From an uncultured Verrucomicrobiota bacterium (GTDB taxonomy: Bacteria > Verrucomicrobiota > Verrucomicrobiia > Limisphaerales > UBA1412): DNA of 64,000 nt. Position 1 is the stretch's first letter, and each line of letters opens with the position of its first letter. Below are positions 19,616-29,121 of this stretch, in pieces. A program made the position numbers and the translations under genes. The stretch covers positions 19,637 through 83,636 of the forward strand of contig CALXMK010000007.1 in the NCBI GenBank assembly GCA_944389455.1. Direction: 5' to 3'. The notes beneath the pieces were generated by a model. The model was not told the DNA's origin. It did not search any database and was given only the letters and a program-made list of their open reading frames with translations.

Positions 19616-20797
19616 TTAAATTTGAATTTTATGAGCTCCCATGGCCGGACGGCTAGAGAAAATCGAACATGTCAAACCAGTCGCTTTTTTATATGCAACT
19701 TCAATAGTTTGAGTAATTTGTTGAATTTGAGTTGTTTTTACCAACGCAATCGCACATCCTCCAAAACCGCCTCCTGTCATTCGGCAACCATAAATACCTC
19801 CAGAGAGACCGATTTTATGTGCAATTAAGACAATTTGATCTAATTCTTCACAGCTGACTTCAAAGTCTTTGCTCAAAGATTCATGACTCTGATACATATA
19901 TTGACCTGCTTCTTCAAACTGAGATTTTTCCAGTGCTTCAGCGGCTTTGAGTGTGCGCTCATTTTCGGTAATGACATGTTTTGCACGTTTATAAGAAGTG
20001 TTACCCATTTGCACTTTAGCGTTTTCAAGTTGTTGAAGGGTAGCGTCTCGTAAAAGATCAATTCCCATTATCTTGGCCGCATTCTCGCATTCAGCACGAC
20101 GTTTTCCATATTCACCGGAGGCAAGCTGATGTTTGACATTACTATTGATAATAAGGAAGGATACATCGGGATCCTTGATTGATGTCCAACGAGTTTCGTA
20201 GCTGCGGCAGTCCAACAACATGATTTGATCTTTGCGAGCCATTGCGGAAATAAATTGGTCCATGATTCCACAAGGTACTCCCGCATAGTCATGTTCTGCT
20301 TTTTGTCCAATCAGAGCACGATCTTGAAGTGAAAATTCGATTCCGGCAGCAGCTTCAATCAGGGTACCTGTTGCAACTTCCAGCGCAGCACTGCTGGAAA
20401 GACCTCCTCCTAGAGGAACATTTGAGTTCATTATGACATTCATTGATGGAATTTTCACTCCTCTTTCTTGATATCCAGCAATGACTCCACGTATATAGTT
20501 TGACCAAATTGGCTCACTGCGGTTTAATTTATTGATATTGATAAGAACCGATTCATTAAAGCGCATACATCTGACTTTGATTTTATCGGATTCAGAGCAT
20601 GGAGCTCCAGCGAGGATTGTATAGCGCTCAATTCCCATCGGAAATACAAATCCTCCATTATAATCGGTATGTTCACCAATAATATTGACTCGACCAGGTG
20701 CTGCGACAATCCATTGTGGAGCGCAGCCGTAGTATGAAATATATTTTTCTTTTGTTTTTAAAGTTAATTCTTTAAGAGTCAGGGGTAATTCTGTCAT
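19616..20797 (-). CDS. galK: Galactokinase
   Basis: GRVNIIGEHTDYN, GLSSSAA, CGIMDQ, RMTGGGFGG. Confidence 0.96.
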   Translation of the reverse strand: MTELPLTLKELTLKTKEKYISYYGCAPQWIVAAPGRVNIIGEHTDYNGGFVFPMGIERYTILAGAPCSESDKIKVRCMRFNESVLININKLNRSEPIWSNYIRGVIAGYQERGVKIPSMNVIMNSNVPLGGGLSSSAALEVATGTLIEAAAGIEFSLQDRALIGQKAEHDYAGVPCGIMDQFISAMARKDQIMLLDCRSYETRWTSIKDPDVSFLIINSNVKHQLASGEYGKRRAECENAAKIMGIDLLRDATLQQLENAKVQMGNTSYKRAKHVITENERTLKAAEALEKSQFEEAGQYMYQSHESLSKDFEVSCEELDQIVLIAHKIGLSGGIYGCRMTGGGFGGCAIALVKTTQIQQITQTIEVAYKKATGLTCSIFSSRPAMGAHKIQI

Positions 20798-20929
20798 ATG
20801 TTCAAATTCGCAACAGTTTTTTAAGTAACTGCATCACTGATTAAAACAGAAATTTTTGCTTTAAAGCAACTAAAAAATAGCTCTTCTCAACGTTCTGTAC
20901 TGCAGTTATAATACGAGTTAGGGGTTATA

Positions 20930-22495
20930 ATGCCAATAAATGATTTAATTCGTCATAAGTTGAACCGATTACCTCATAAACCGGGAGTATATTTAATGAA
21001 GGATAGGCTGGGGACGGTTATTTATGTGGGAAAGGCTCGAGATCTAAAACGGCGGGTGAGCCAATATTTTCAGCCTTCTCGAAGATATGCATGGGATTTG
21101 AAACTGCAGGCATTAGTGGAGGCTATTTGTGATTTTGATATACATCAGGTTAATTCAGAGCCAGAGTCTCTTCTGTTAGAGGGTAAATTAATCAAAGAGT
21201 TTAAACCTCGTTATAATATTAGTTTTAAAGATGATAAGCGTTTTTTGCTTATTAAGATTAACTTAAATGATCTTATTCCAAATTTTGTCATTACTCGTTT
21301 AAGGAAAGAAGATGCAGCTAAATATTATGGTCCTTTTGTAGATTCCGTTGCGGCTAGGAGAACTTTAGATATAGCACGAAAACAGTTTCATCTTAGGAGT
21401 TGTAAGGCTCTTACCCCTGGAGAGAATGATTATAAGCATTGTCTTTATGGACATTTAAAATATTGTACTGCTCCTTGTATTGGCAATGTTACATTAGAAC
21501 AATATCGAATGCAGGTTTTGGCTGCATGTGATTTCATGGGGGGAGAAATAGATTCCATTAAAGAGCAATTGACTCAAGAAATGCAGAAAGCATCTGCTGA
21601 GTTGAATTTTGAAAAGGCAGCTCAACTGAGAGATGCAATAGCCAGTTTAAATGTAACAACCCGAAAACAAAGAGTGTTTGAGAGGGTACCTTATACACTT
21701 CCATTGGCAATTAATCCTCGAGAGGATATGGAAGAACTGGGGCGGATTTTGAATTTACCGCATCCGCCATGGCGGATCGAAGGTTATGATATATCGAATA
21801 TCAGCGGAACTTTTTCGGTTGCAAGTATGGTCTGTTTTCATAACGGTCGTCCTGATAATTCTTCCTATAGGCGATTTAGAATTAAAACTGTAGAGCAGCA
21901 GAATGATTTTGCTTGTATGGCTGAAATAATAAGGCGACGTTATAAAAGACTAAAAAGTGAGGTTGAAAAGAATCAGGAAGGTAGTCGATTGCCAGATCTC
22001 ATTGTGGTAGATGGTGGAAAGGGGCAGGTCAGTGCTGCATATGAGATTTTAGTAGAATTAGGATTAGGTAATATTCCTCTTATTGGTTTGGCTAAGAGAT
22101 TGGAGGAGATTTATTTTCCAGGGGAGAGTCAGCCGCTTGTTTTAGATCATCGGCTTGGAGCACTGAAATTACTTCAACGTATTCGAGATGAGTCACACCG
22201 TTTTGCTAATACTTATAACGCGCAGCTGCGTTTGAGAAAAATCAATGAGAGTATTTTAGATGAATTCCCTGGAATTGGAGAGAGGCGCAAAAATATTCTA
22301 TTGAAAAAATTTGGTTCAATTCAAAGATTAAAGTTGGCTACGGAAGAACAAATTGCAGCTGTCCCAGGTTTTGGTGAACAGAGTGCAATGAAATTGAAAC
22401 AGTTTCTTAATGCTAGAAGAGAAAACATTGGAGCTTCGAAAGAGACGTCTAATTTTTTACTAGAGGAGGATTCTAATGAAAAAGAGGAAGAGTAG
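20930..22495 (+). CDS. uvrC: Excinuclease ABC subunit C
   Basis: GIY-YIG (PGVYLM..YVGKA), FEKAAQLRD, DISN, DGGKGQ, RDESHRFA, HhH. Confidence 0.95.
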   Translation: MPINDLIRHKLNRLPHKPGVYLMKDRLGTVIYVGKARDLKRRVSQYFQPSRRYAWDLKLQALVEAICDFDIHQVNSEPESLLLEGKLIKEFKPRYNISFKDDKRFLLIKINLNDLIPNFVITRLRKEDAAKYYGPFVDSVAARRTLDIARKQFHLRSCKALTPGENDYKHCLYGHLKYCTAPCIGNVTLEQYRMQVLAACDFMGGEIDSIKEQLTQEMQKASAELNFEKAAQLRDAIASLNVTTRKQRVFERVPYTLPLAINPREDMEELGRILNLPHPPWRIEGYDISNISGTFSVASMVCFHNGRPDNSSYRRFRIKTVEQQNDFACMAEIIRRRYKRLKSEVEKNQEGSRLPDLIVVDGGKGQVSAAYEILVELGLGNIPLIGLAKRLEEIYFPGESQPLVLDHRLGALKLLQRIRDESHRFANTYNAQLRLRKINESILDEFPGIGERRKNILLKKFGSIQRLKLATEEQIAAVPGFGEQSAMKLKQFLNARRENIGASKETSNFLLEEDSNEKEEE

Positions 22496-22530
22496 AAACA
22501 CTTCCTCTTTAGATCGGATTTTTTATTGAA

Positions 22531-22962
22531 TTAACTTTCCAATTCATTCTCATTCAACAGATTATAATTTGAATGAGTAAGAATTTTGGCGGCTTCTTCT
22601 TTGTCATCTGTTTCAATTAATAAAACAGTTTTTCCCTTAAAAATGAAGCCGGAGCCATTCCGGATATTGATATTTTCTTTGGAAAGGATATCAGCAATAC
22701 CTGCTAGAGCTCCTGGAATATCTTCAATATATACGGCGAGAATAGGTACAGAGGAAACGGTAAATCCATTAGCTTTTAAGTTTTCTATGGCTTTTGAGCG
22801 ATGATTAACAAGGACTCTTAGCAGACCGAAATTGTCTCCAGAATTGTCGATAATTTTAAACCAAAGAATATTGATATTGGCTGTAGCCAGAGTTTGTGTG
22901 ATTTTAGCGAGAAAGCCGAGTTTGTTTTCGGCGAAAATGGAAAGTAATTTAATTTCGTTCAT
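22531..22962 (-). CDS. ACT-domain protein (two ACT repeats)
   Basis: ENKLGFLAKI and EDIPGALAGI repeats; downstream of paaK-like gene. Confidence 0.85.
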   Translation of the reverse strand: MNEIKLLSIFAENKLGFLAKITQTLATANINILWFKIIDNSGDNFGLLRVLVNHRSKAIENLKANGFTVSSVPILAVYIEDIPGALAGIADILSKENINIRNGSGFIFKGKTVLLIETDDKEEAAKILTHSNYNLLNENELES

Positions 22963-22974
22963 ATATTTAAGGCT

Positions 22975-24267
22975 TTAAATATTTCTCTTGTCTATGACAC
23001 GTTTTGTTTTTCCTTCACTGACAGGAAGAGAACCAGGCGGGAGAAGTTCAACTTGAGGTTTGACTTGAACCTCTCCTCGAATTTGGGTTGTGATAGAGTT
23101 TTTAATATTTTCCAGTTTTCGAAGTTCTCCGTCAAAAGTTTCAGCATCCAGTTCTACTTGAATGAGCATTTCGTCTAAGCCATGTAGCGTAATAAGATAG
23201 TTGCGTCCAACACCAGGAATTAACATGAGAATGCGCTCTATTTGTTGAGGATAGATGTTAGCTCCTTTAACGACGATCATGTCATCAACACGGCCTTTGA
23301 ATCGAGTTACACGAATATGAGTGCGTCCGCATGGACAAGGTCCTGGGATGATTGAAGTTAGGTCTCCTGTGCGATAGCGAATAATGGGCATAGCTTCGCG
23401 GTTGATAGAAGTGATAACTAATTCTCCTGTTTCGCCAGGGGGAAGAGGTTCAAGAGTTTTTGGGTTTATTACTTCTACAAGATAGGTGTCTTCCCACAGG
23501 TGAATACCATTTTGTGCAGAGCATTCAAAGCCAACTCCGGGACCACCCATCTCTGAAAGTCCATAACAGTTATATACTTTTGCGCCAAAAGCTTTTTCAA
23601 TTTTTCGACGTGTTTCTTCAGTATAAGATTCTGCTCCCACTAAGATAATTTTTAGGGAGAGATCATTAGCGGGATCAAGACCTTTTTTCTCTACGAAATT
23701 TGCGAAGTACAGTGCATAGCTGGGGGTTAAATGAATGACGGTAGTTCCAAAATCTTGCATTAGCATGAGTTGCCGTTCAGAATTTCCAGGTCCAGCAGGG
23801 ATAGCCAGCATTCCTATTTTTTCCGCTCCATAATGAGACATCATTGCTCCGGTAAACAGACCATAGGTCATCATATTTTGGAAAATATCGCTTTTGGTAC
23901 AGCCAACCATGGTTAAGCAGCGGGCAAAATTATTAGCAAGGATTTCAATGTCTTTGCGTGTAAAGAAAAGTGCCTTAGGCTTTCCAGTGGTACCGCTTGA
24001 GGTATGCAAACGAAAAAGCTCTTCTCGAGGCACGATATTCATTTTATCTGGATACTGTGCGCGAAGATCTGCGCTGGTAGTAAAAGGAAGTCTACGAACA
24101 TCATCCAATGAGTGAATGGAGTCGGGAGTGATGCCTGCTTCCTTGAGTTTATTTTGATAAAAAGGGGATTTTTGGAAAAGTTTCCCCAATGTTTCACGGA
24201 GACGATTTAGCTGCAGCTCATTTAGTGTCTCCCGGGTTGCTGTTTCAATTTTTTCTTCCCAGAACAT
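22975..24267 (-). CDS. paaK: Phenylacetate-CoA ligase family protein
   Basis: TSSGTTGKP, YGLSE, RYRTGD, GRVDDM; true substrate not determinable. Confidence 0.82.
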   Translation of the reverse strand: MFWEEKIETATRETLNELQLNRLRETLGKLFQKSPFYQNKLKEAGITPDSIHSLDDVRRLPFTTSADLRAQYPDKMNIVPREELFRLHTSSGTTGKPKALFFTRKDIEILANNFARCLTMVGCTKSDIFQNMMTYGLFTGAMMSHYGAEKIGMLAIPAGPGNSERQLMLMQDFGTTVIHLTPSYALYFANFVEKKGLDPANDLSLKIILVGAESYTEETRRKIEKAFGAKVYNCYGLSEMGGPGVGFECSAQNGIHLWEDTYLVEVINPKTLEPLPPGETGELVITSINREAMPIIRYRTGDLTSIIPGPCPCGRTHIRVTRFKGRVDDMIVVKGANIYPQQIERILMLIPGVGRNYLITLHGLDEMLIQVELDAETFDGELRKLENIKNSITTQIRGEVQVKPQVELLPPGSLPVSEGKTKRVIDKRNI

Positions 24268-24527
24268 GATAAAAGTTATTTAGTCGCTTTAATGTAACTA
24301 ACTTATTTCTCTATTTACCTGTTTTCTTTATAAAATGCAATCTCATTTGCGATGAAATTATGAAGAAGTGCGGTAAATTTTAACTTTTAACCTTTTAAGG
24401 AAAGAATGGTTTTGATAGGCTAAGCGTTGCTGTGTGATACAGTCTCATATTTGAATGTATAAGAGTGAGGCTCGTTATTCTATTATAGTTTAGTCTTTCA
24501 TGGCACATATCGGATAAGTTAAGTATT

Positions 24528-26240
24528 ATGGATGCTTTAACAGTTTGGCTTCTAAGTAAATGGGTGTTTTCCACTTTGTCTGCCCTTATTCTTATTATGG
24601 GAATAGGACAAGTGTTGGGTGAAATTAAGTTGCCAGGAAACTTCAAGTTAGGAGTGGCGGCAGTTTTCTTTGTAGGTGTAGCCTTTGGTATCTTTAAACC
24701 GGAATTACAGATTCATCATGATATTGAGCGTTTCGGTTTGGCACTATTTATTTATTGTGTAGGTTTGACGGCTGCCCCGGCATTTTTCCAGTCTTTCAGG
24801 AGAAATGGGATGAGGTTAAATCTGGCCACATTTGTGGCGATGACAGTAATTTTCGCGTCCAGCATTTTTGTTATCAAAGCTTTTGACAAAAATTCTGCTA
24901 TTATTAGTGGACTCTTTTGCGGAACTTTGACTAATACCCCGGCATTAAATGCAGCGAAGGAAGCGTATCGCCAGGTTGAGAGTAAAGAGATGGCACAAGT
25001 GATTAAAGAAAAGGGAATGTCTCAATCACAGGCGGATGAATTTAGAAAGGAGAAAGAACAAATAATAGAAGAGGACCTCAAGAATGTAGATGCCGGTTAT
25101 GGTGTAGCTTATCCTTTTGCAATCGTCGGAGTTTTGTTGATTATTCAGTTTCATCTGAGGAGAGAACGCAAGCTTTCTGCTAATAAACCACCTAAACCTT
25201 CTTATATGATTAGCGTGGTAGAGTTGTTGAATGATGTTCCTGGTAATTATCGTTATTGGACAGGAGCATTGATTAATAAGTATGCTAATGTGGTTGCTCC
25301 GCGTTATCGATTGAACGGAAAACATTATTTGATTGATGGTGATACTCAGATTCCACAGGGGGCTGAAGTTGTAATTGAAGGTTCTGCTAATTACGTAGAA
25401 TCAGCTATCGGAATTTTAGGAAAAGAAGGGGATCTAAATCTGCTTCAAGATCGTGGTGAGTTTTCTACACGCTTTTTTTCTGTATCGGATCGTCACTTAA
25501 TCAACCGCAGTGTTTGGAAATTGAATCTCAGTAAATTAGGTGGTGCTATCTGTCGGATTCGCCGAGGTGATAATCCTATTGAGATCAATATTCATACTCG
25601 TCTCCAACTTGGAGATCAAGTTCGTGTTTTGGTTCGCCAAGAGAATCAGATCAGCGTAAATAAGTTTTTTGGAAATTCTCTTCATATGGCGACTGAGCAT
25701 ACTTTTTATAGTTTGTTTTTAGGTCTTGCCTTAGGTCTTTTGATTGGCCAAATTCCTATTCCTATTCCGGGTGTGGAGGTTCCGGTGACGTTAGGTTATG
25801 CGGGAGGGCCCTTAGCTGTAGCGTTAACTTTTGGTGCCTTGGGGCGTACAGGTCCTTTTGTATGGGTGATTGCACCTTCGGCGAATATGGCTTTACGTCA
25901 TGTTGGGTTTGCTTTGTTCTTAGCTGTTATTGGTGTTAATTCTGGTTCTAAGCTGTTGGATACCTTGAAGGGTGATGGTCTTTTCTTGATTCTGATTAGC
26001 TTAGGTATGTTGCTTTTGGTTCATATTGTTTTGTGGATTGTAATGCTTCTTTGCAGAGTCCCGAATATTCCAACTCTATTAGGAGTTATGAGTGGTTTAC
26101 AAACTCAACCGGCAGCTCTTGGATTTGCGTCTTCACGTACAGATCCGACAGGAGTAAATGTGGGATATGCATCTGTCTATCCTTTAGCTACTATCTTAAA
26201 AATATTTTATGCGCAGTTGCTTATTGTATTGTTCTTATAA
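24528..26240 (+). CDS. AspT/YidE/YbjL family antiporter with TrkA-C domains
   Basis: Two membrane repeats (GTLTNTPAL; SGLQTQPAAL), GYGVAYPF / GYASVYPL, central RCK-C region. Confidence 0.88.
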   Translation: MDALTVWLLSKWVFSTLSALILIMGIGQVLGEIKLPGNFKLGVAAVFFVGVAFGIFKPELQIHHDIERFGLALFIYCVGLTAAPAFFQSFRRNGMRLNLATFVAMTVIFASSIFVIKAFDKNSAIISGLFCGTLTNTPALNAAKEAYRQVESKEMAQVIKEKGMSQSQADEFRKEKEQIIEEDLKNVDAGYGVAYPFAIVGVLLIIQFHLRRERKLSANKPPKPSYMISVVELLNDVPGNYRYWTGALINKYANVVAPRYRLNGKHYLIDGDTQIPQGAEVVIEGSANYVESAIGILGKEGDLNLLQDRGEFSTRFFSVSDRHLINRSVWKLNLSKLGGAICRIRRGDNPIEINIHTRLQLGDQVRVLVRQENQISVNKFFGNSLHMATEHTFYSLFLGLALGLLIGQIPIPIPGVEVPVTLGYAGGPLAVALTFGALGRTGPFVWVIAPSANMALRHVGFALFLAVIGVNSGSKLLDTLKGDGLFLILISLGMLLLVHIVLWIVMLLCRVPNIPTLLGVMSGLQTQPAALGFASSRTDPTGVNVGYASVYPLATILKIFYAQLLIVLFL

Positions 26241-26271
26241 CGACCTTAGGTTGAGATTTAGATAATAAAAT

Positions 26272-26310
26272 AAAAACCCCTTCTTCAATTATCTTAAGGA
26301 AGGGGTTTTT
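26272..26310. terminator. Bidirectional intrinsic terminator between convergent genes
   Basis: AAAAACCCCTTC...GAAGGGGTTTTT. Confidence 0.75.
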
Positions 26311-26322
26311 AATTGGATGTTT

Positions 26323-26868
26323 TTATGACTGAGGAGGAGAAGGAGGAGGGTTTTCCTTCAGATAATTACGATAAGGAGTGAAATCCATGTCGTTTTTAAA
26401 CATATCATTTATTTTCTTAGGGTCTCCTTGGCGTTTGGCAGTTTCAATCCAGAAAGGTATATCTTTAAATCGATTAGTTAAGCTGTGATAGCAAGCATAG
26501 TCGTATGCAAAATGCCAGTCTAGACTGAATTGTTCACGAACAGAGGATAGAATTTCAAAAGCCTTTTCATAGTTGCTTTCTCCATAGTAGGATTGAGCAT
26601 AGAGAACCCAGGATTCTACTAAATTGGGGTATTTTTGCGTGAGTAGATTTCCTATGAATTGGCACTGCCGATAATCATGGAGTTTATATCTTAAATGCCA
26701 ATGAAGTTTCAAAATATCATTATTTTCTTGTGCATTTTGTGAAAGCTCTTTTAGAACGTTAAGTGATTCATTAAAAGCACCTAATTCCATCCAGCCAATT
26801 GCTTCTACAAAAAGCTGCAGATCATTTTTATCAAGTCCAGAGTTAGGTGAGGGAATAGATAATTGCAT
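26323..26868 (-). CDS. TPR-like helical-repeat protein
   Basis: Helical repeats: GWMELG..E, WVLYAQSYY, YDYACY. Confidence 0.65.
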   Translation of the reverse strand: MQLSIPSPNSGLDKNDLQLFVEAIGWMELGAFNESLNVLKELSQNAQENNDILKLHWHLRYKLHDYRQCQFIGNLLTQKYPNLVESWVLYAQSYYGESNYEKAFEILSSVREQFSLDWHFAYDYACYHSLTNRFKDIPFWIETAKRQGDPKKINDMFKNDMDFTPYRNYLKENPPPSPPQS

Positions 26869-26873
26869 AGAAA

Positions 26874-27098
26874 TTAGAATTTTACACTGGGATTACCTGT
26901 TCCACAGTGAGGACATCGTGAACGGTCGACATCAGGATCATCTGTGTAAACGAAGTCACATTTGCTGCAACGGAAAATTTTGTCTTTACTGGGTACAGGT
27001 TCAAAGTGTTTGCGTATATATTCGCTATAAATAACCAAGGCAAAAATAATTAAAAGTAGTATTACAATACCTAAAAAAATGACTGTTTCAAGATTCAT
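26874..27098 (-). CDS. Small membrane-anchored Zn-ribbon protein
   Basis: N-terminal TM helix, CSKC and CPHC pairs; tightly packed between TonB-like and TPR genes. Confidence 0.75.
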   Translation of the reverse strand: MNLETVIFLGIVILLLIIFALVIYSEYIRKHFEPVPSKDKIFRCSKCDFVYTDDPDVDRSRCPHCGTGNPSVKF

Positions 27099-27101
27099 GA
27101 A

Positions 27102-27941
27102 TTATGGGGCATGAGTAGCCCAGATAACTGTTAGAAAAATAGGTTCAGCATCGAGCCAATTGTCTGCATTTGCAGAAATTGATTTGGATTCTTGATTTTT
27201 AGGGAGTAATCGCAGTCCAGAGACAGCCTTTATGGCATCGTTATCAGCAGATGGTAAGCCACATGATGAAATTAGAGTAGCAGAGAAAATCAATCCATCT
27301 TTTCCAAGCCAGGCTTTGATAATGGTATTTTTAAGTTCCTTATCCCAGGATTGAGTGGGAATATTCAATTGTGGAATTTTCCAGGAGGAGAGAGTCTTTT
27401 CGGAGAGTCTGAGTTCAGATTGAGTGCGATGAGTGCGAGAAACCGGTTCTTTTAGTTTCATAGTGGGAATATAAGGATCAGCTTGAACTCTAATAGACTC
27501 TGCGACAGGAAGCATAAATTCGGATAATTCTTGTCCCAAAAGTTTATTTGGTGCGTTAATTGTGTAAAAAGGTTGTCTAGGCATGGATGGTGTATAAAAA
27601 GATTGTTGCTTATCATTCCAAATAAAACCAGATATGCCATTTTGATGTACTCCAGCATAAATGCGAGGATCAAATGTACGCAGGAATTCTTGAAGAATAG
27701 GATTTGTAGAGATAGATATTCCTGGAATGAAAAGTGGATGTTGAATTGAGGTGGGGTTACGAGGAGTCAGCGGTGAGGAATTCAACAAAATATAGAAAAA
27801 TAGGATTTGTGAAATAAAAAATCCGCAGATAACAATAATCCATTTGCCAAGTACCCATTCACCAATCTTATAGGTGCGGAGATTTTTGTGGAGTAAGGCA
27901 AGCCCGAGCAGAAGTTTTTTATTTGAATCCTGCAGTGTCAT
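27102..27941 (-). CDS. TonB C-terminal-like energy transducer
   Basis: Single N-terminal TM, Pro-rich linker, C-terminal DG..ISSCG..AD..AI; follows exbB/exbD-like genes. Confidence 0.6.
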   Translation of the reverse strand: MTLQDSNKKLLLGLALLHKNLRTYKIGEWVLGKWIIVICGFFISQILFFYILLNSSPLTPRNPTSIQHPLFIPGISISTNPILQEFLRTFDPRIYAGVHQNGISGFIWNDKQQSFYTPSMPRQPFYTINAPNKLLGQELSEFMLPVAESIRVQADPYIPTMKLKEPVSRTHRTQSELRLSEKTLSSWKIPQLNIPTQSWDKELKNTIIKAWLGKDGLIFSATLISSCGLPSADNDAIKAVSGLRLLPKNQESKSISANADNWLDAEPIFLTVIWATHAP

Positions 27942-28393
27942 GGAAGTGAGGAGCTAGTGTTGGAAGTAGGGTTGTTTTCTACAGTTTGATTAGGATTAGT
28001 AGCTATAAGGATATTGGTTAGCCCTGCTTTATAGGTGAGCGCTCCTAGATTTGCAAAAGTATTAATTGAAGCCTCTTGATCAGAAACGATTACAACAGAG
28101 GTGACAGGATTTTTCTCTCGAGCTCTTTCCAATGTTACCATTAAGTTGTCAAGTGTAACATTCTTGCCATTAAAATAGTATTGGTCATTTTGATCAATAC
28201 CAATCACAATGGTAGGGCCTACAATTCCTGGTAATTGGGCTGTATCTGGAGAAGGTAATTGGATAGAAACACCAGGCTTGAAAATAATTGAGGATTGAAG
28301 TAGCAGGAAGAGAATGATTAACCCCAAGATGATAGAGAAAGCCATCCCATCAAATTTGTTTCTTAGAGGAGAAAGACTGCGTGTATACTTCAT
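27938..28393 (-). CDS. exbD: ExbD/TolR family protein
   Basis: N-terminal TM, IQLP, IGIDQNDQYYFNG, VIVSDQEA. Confidence 0.75.
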   Translation of the reverse strand: MKYTRSLSPLRNKFDGMAFSIILGLIILFLLLQSSIIFKPGVSIQLPSPDTAQLPGIVGPTIVIGIDQNDQYYFNGKNVTLDNLMVTLERAREKNPVTSVVIVSDQEASINTFANLGALTYKAGLTNILIATNPNQTVENNPTSNTSSSLP

Positions 28394-28403
28394 GAGAGAA
28401 AAT

Positions 28404-29051
28404 TTACTGCTGCAGTTTGTTATCAGAGTTGTTGTGCTCTTCAGAAGGGTTTAGGAGAAATTGAACAATATCAGAAGAGGTTTTCTCCATATCCAGCACG
28501 ATAGTATTAACCCTTTCTATAAGATAGTTGTAAGCAGCACGGGCTATAACAGAAAGAGCTAATCCAAGCGCCGCAGAGATTAAAGCTGTCCAGATTCCTT
28601 CGCTCAGCATGCTGATATCACTGAAAGGACCATTGATTTGTGTAATTCTGAACATTTTCATCAGCCCTAGCACTGTTCCTAAACACCCCAGTGGCTGAGC
28701 TATTTCAGCAATAGTAGCAAGCCAAGTCAAGCGAGCTTCCAAACGAGGAACTTCGACTAAACCTGCTGATTCCAGAACATCCTCAATGTTCTTATTCCCT
28801 TGTTCACTGTTGAGAATTGCCGTTTTAACTAGTCTAGCAACAGGTCCCGGTGTTGCATCACAAATTGAGATGGCTTCTATAATATTCTCACGGCGAAGAA
28901 CATTTTTGACTCCAGTTAGAAATTCTCGAGAATCGATTCTTACACGATGATAGTGTAAAAATCTTTCTAGAAAAATAGCAGCAGCAAACGCACCTAAGAC
29001 TAGGATTAACCAAGAAATAGCACCAGCATTATCAAAGAATATTTGCAGCAT
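28404..29051 (-). CDS. exbB: MotA/TolQ/ExbB proton channel protein
   Basis: IFLERF, LATIAEIAQPLGCLGTVLGL, GIWTALISAALGL. Confidence 0.85.
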   Translation of the reverse strand: MLQIFFDNAGAISWLILVLGAFAAAIFLERFLHYHRVRIDSREFLTGVKNVLRRENIIEAISICDATPGPVARLVKTAILNSEQGNKNIEDVLESAGLVEVPRLEARLTWLATIAEIAQPLGCLGTVLGLMKMFRITQINGPFSDISMLSEGIWTALISAALGLALSVIARAAYNYLIERVNTIVLDMEKTSSDIVQFLLNPSEEHNNSDNKLQQ

Positions 29052-29121
29052 GATGTTGTAGAATGTGCTTATTTTTCAAAGGGATAAAACAAAAAGGAAA
29101 GAATCATTTCATAAATTAATT

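Noticed and set aside
24416-24520. Sigma54-like strings AGGCTAAGCGTTGCT and TGGCACATATCGG upstream of the antiporter
   Set aside because: First has GG-N9-GC spacing; second lacks the -12 GC.
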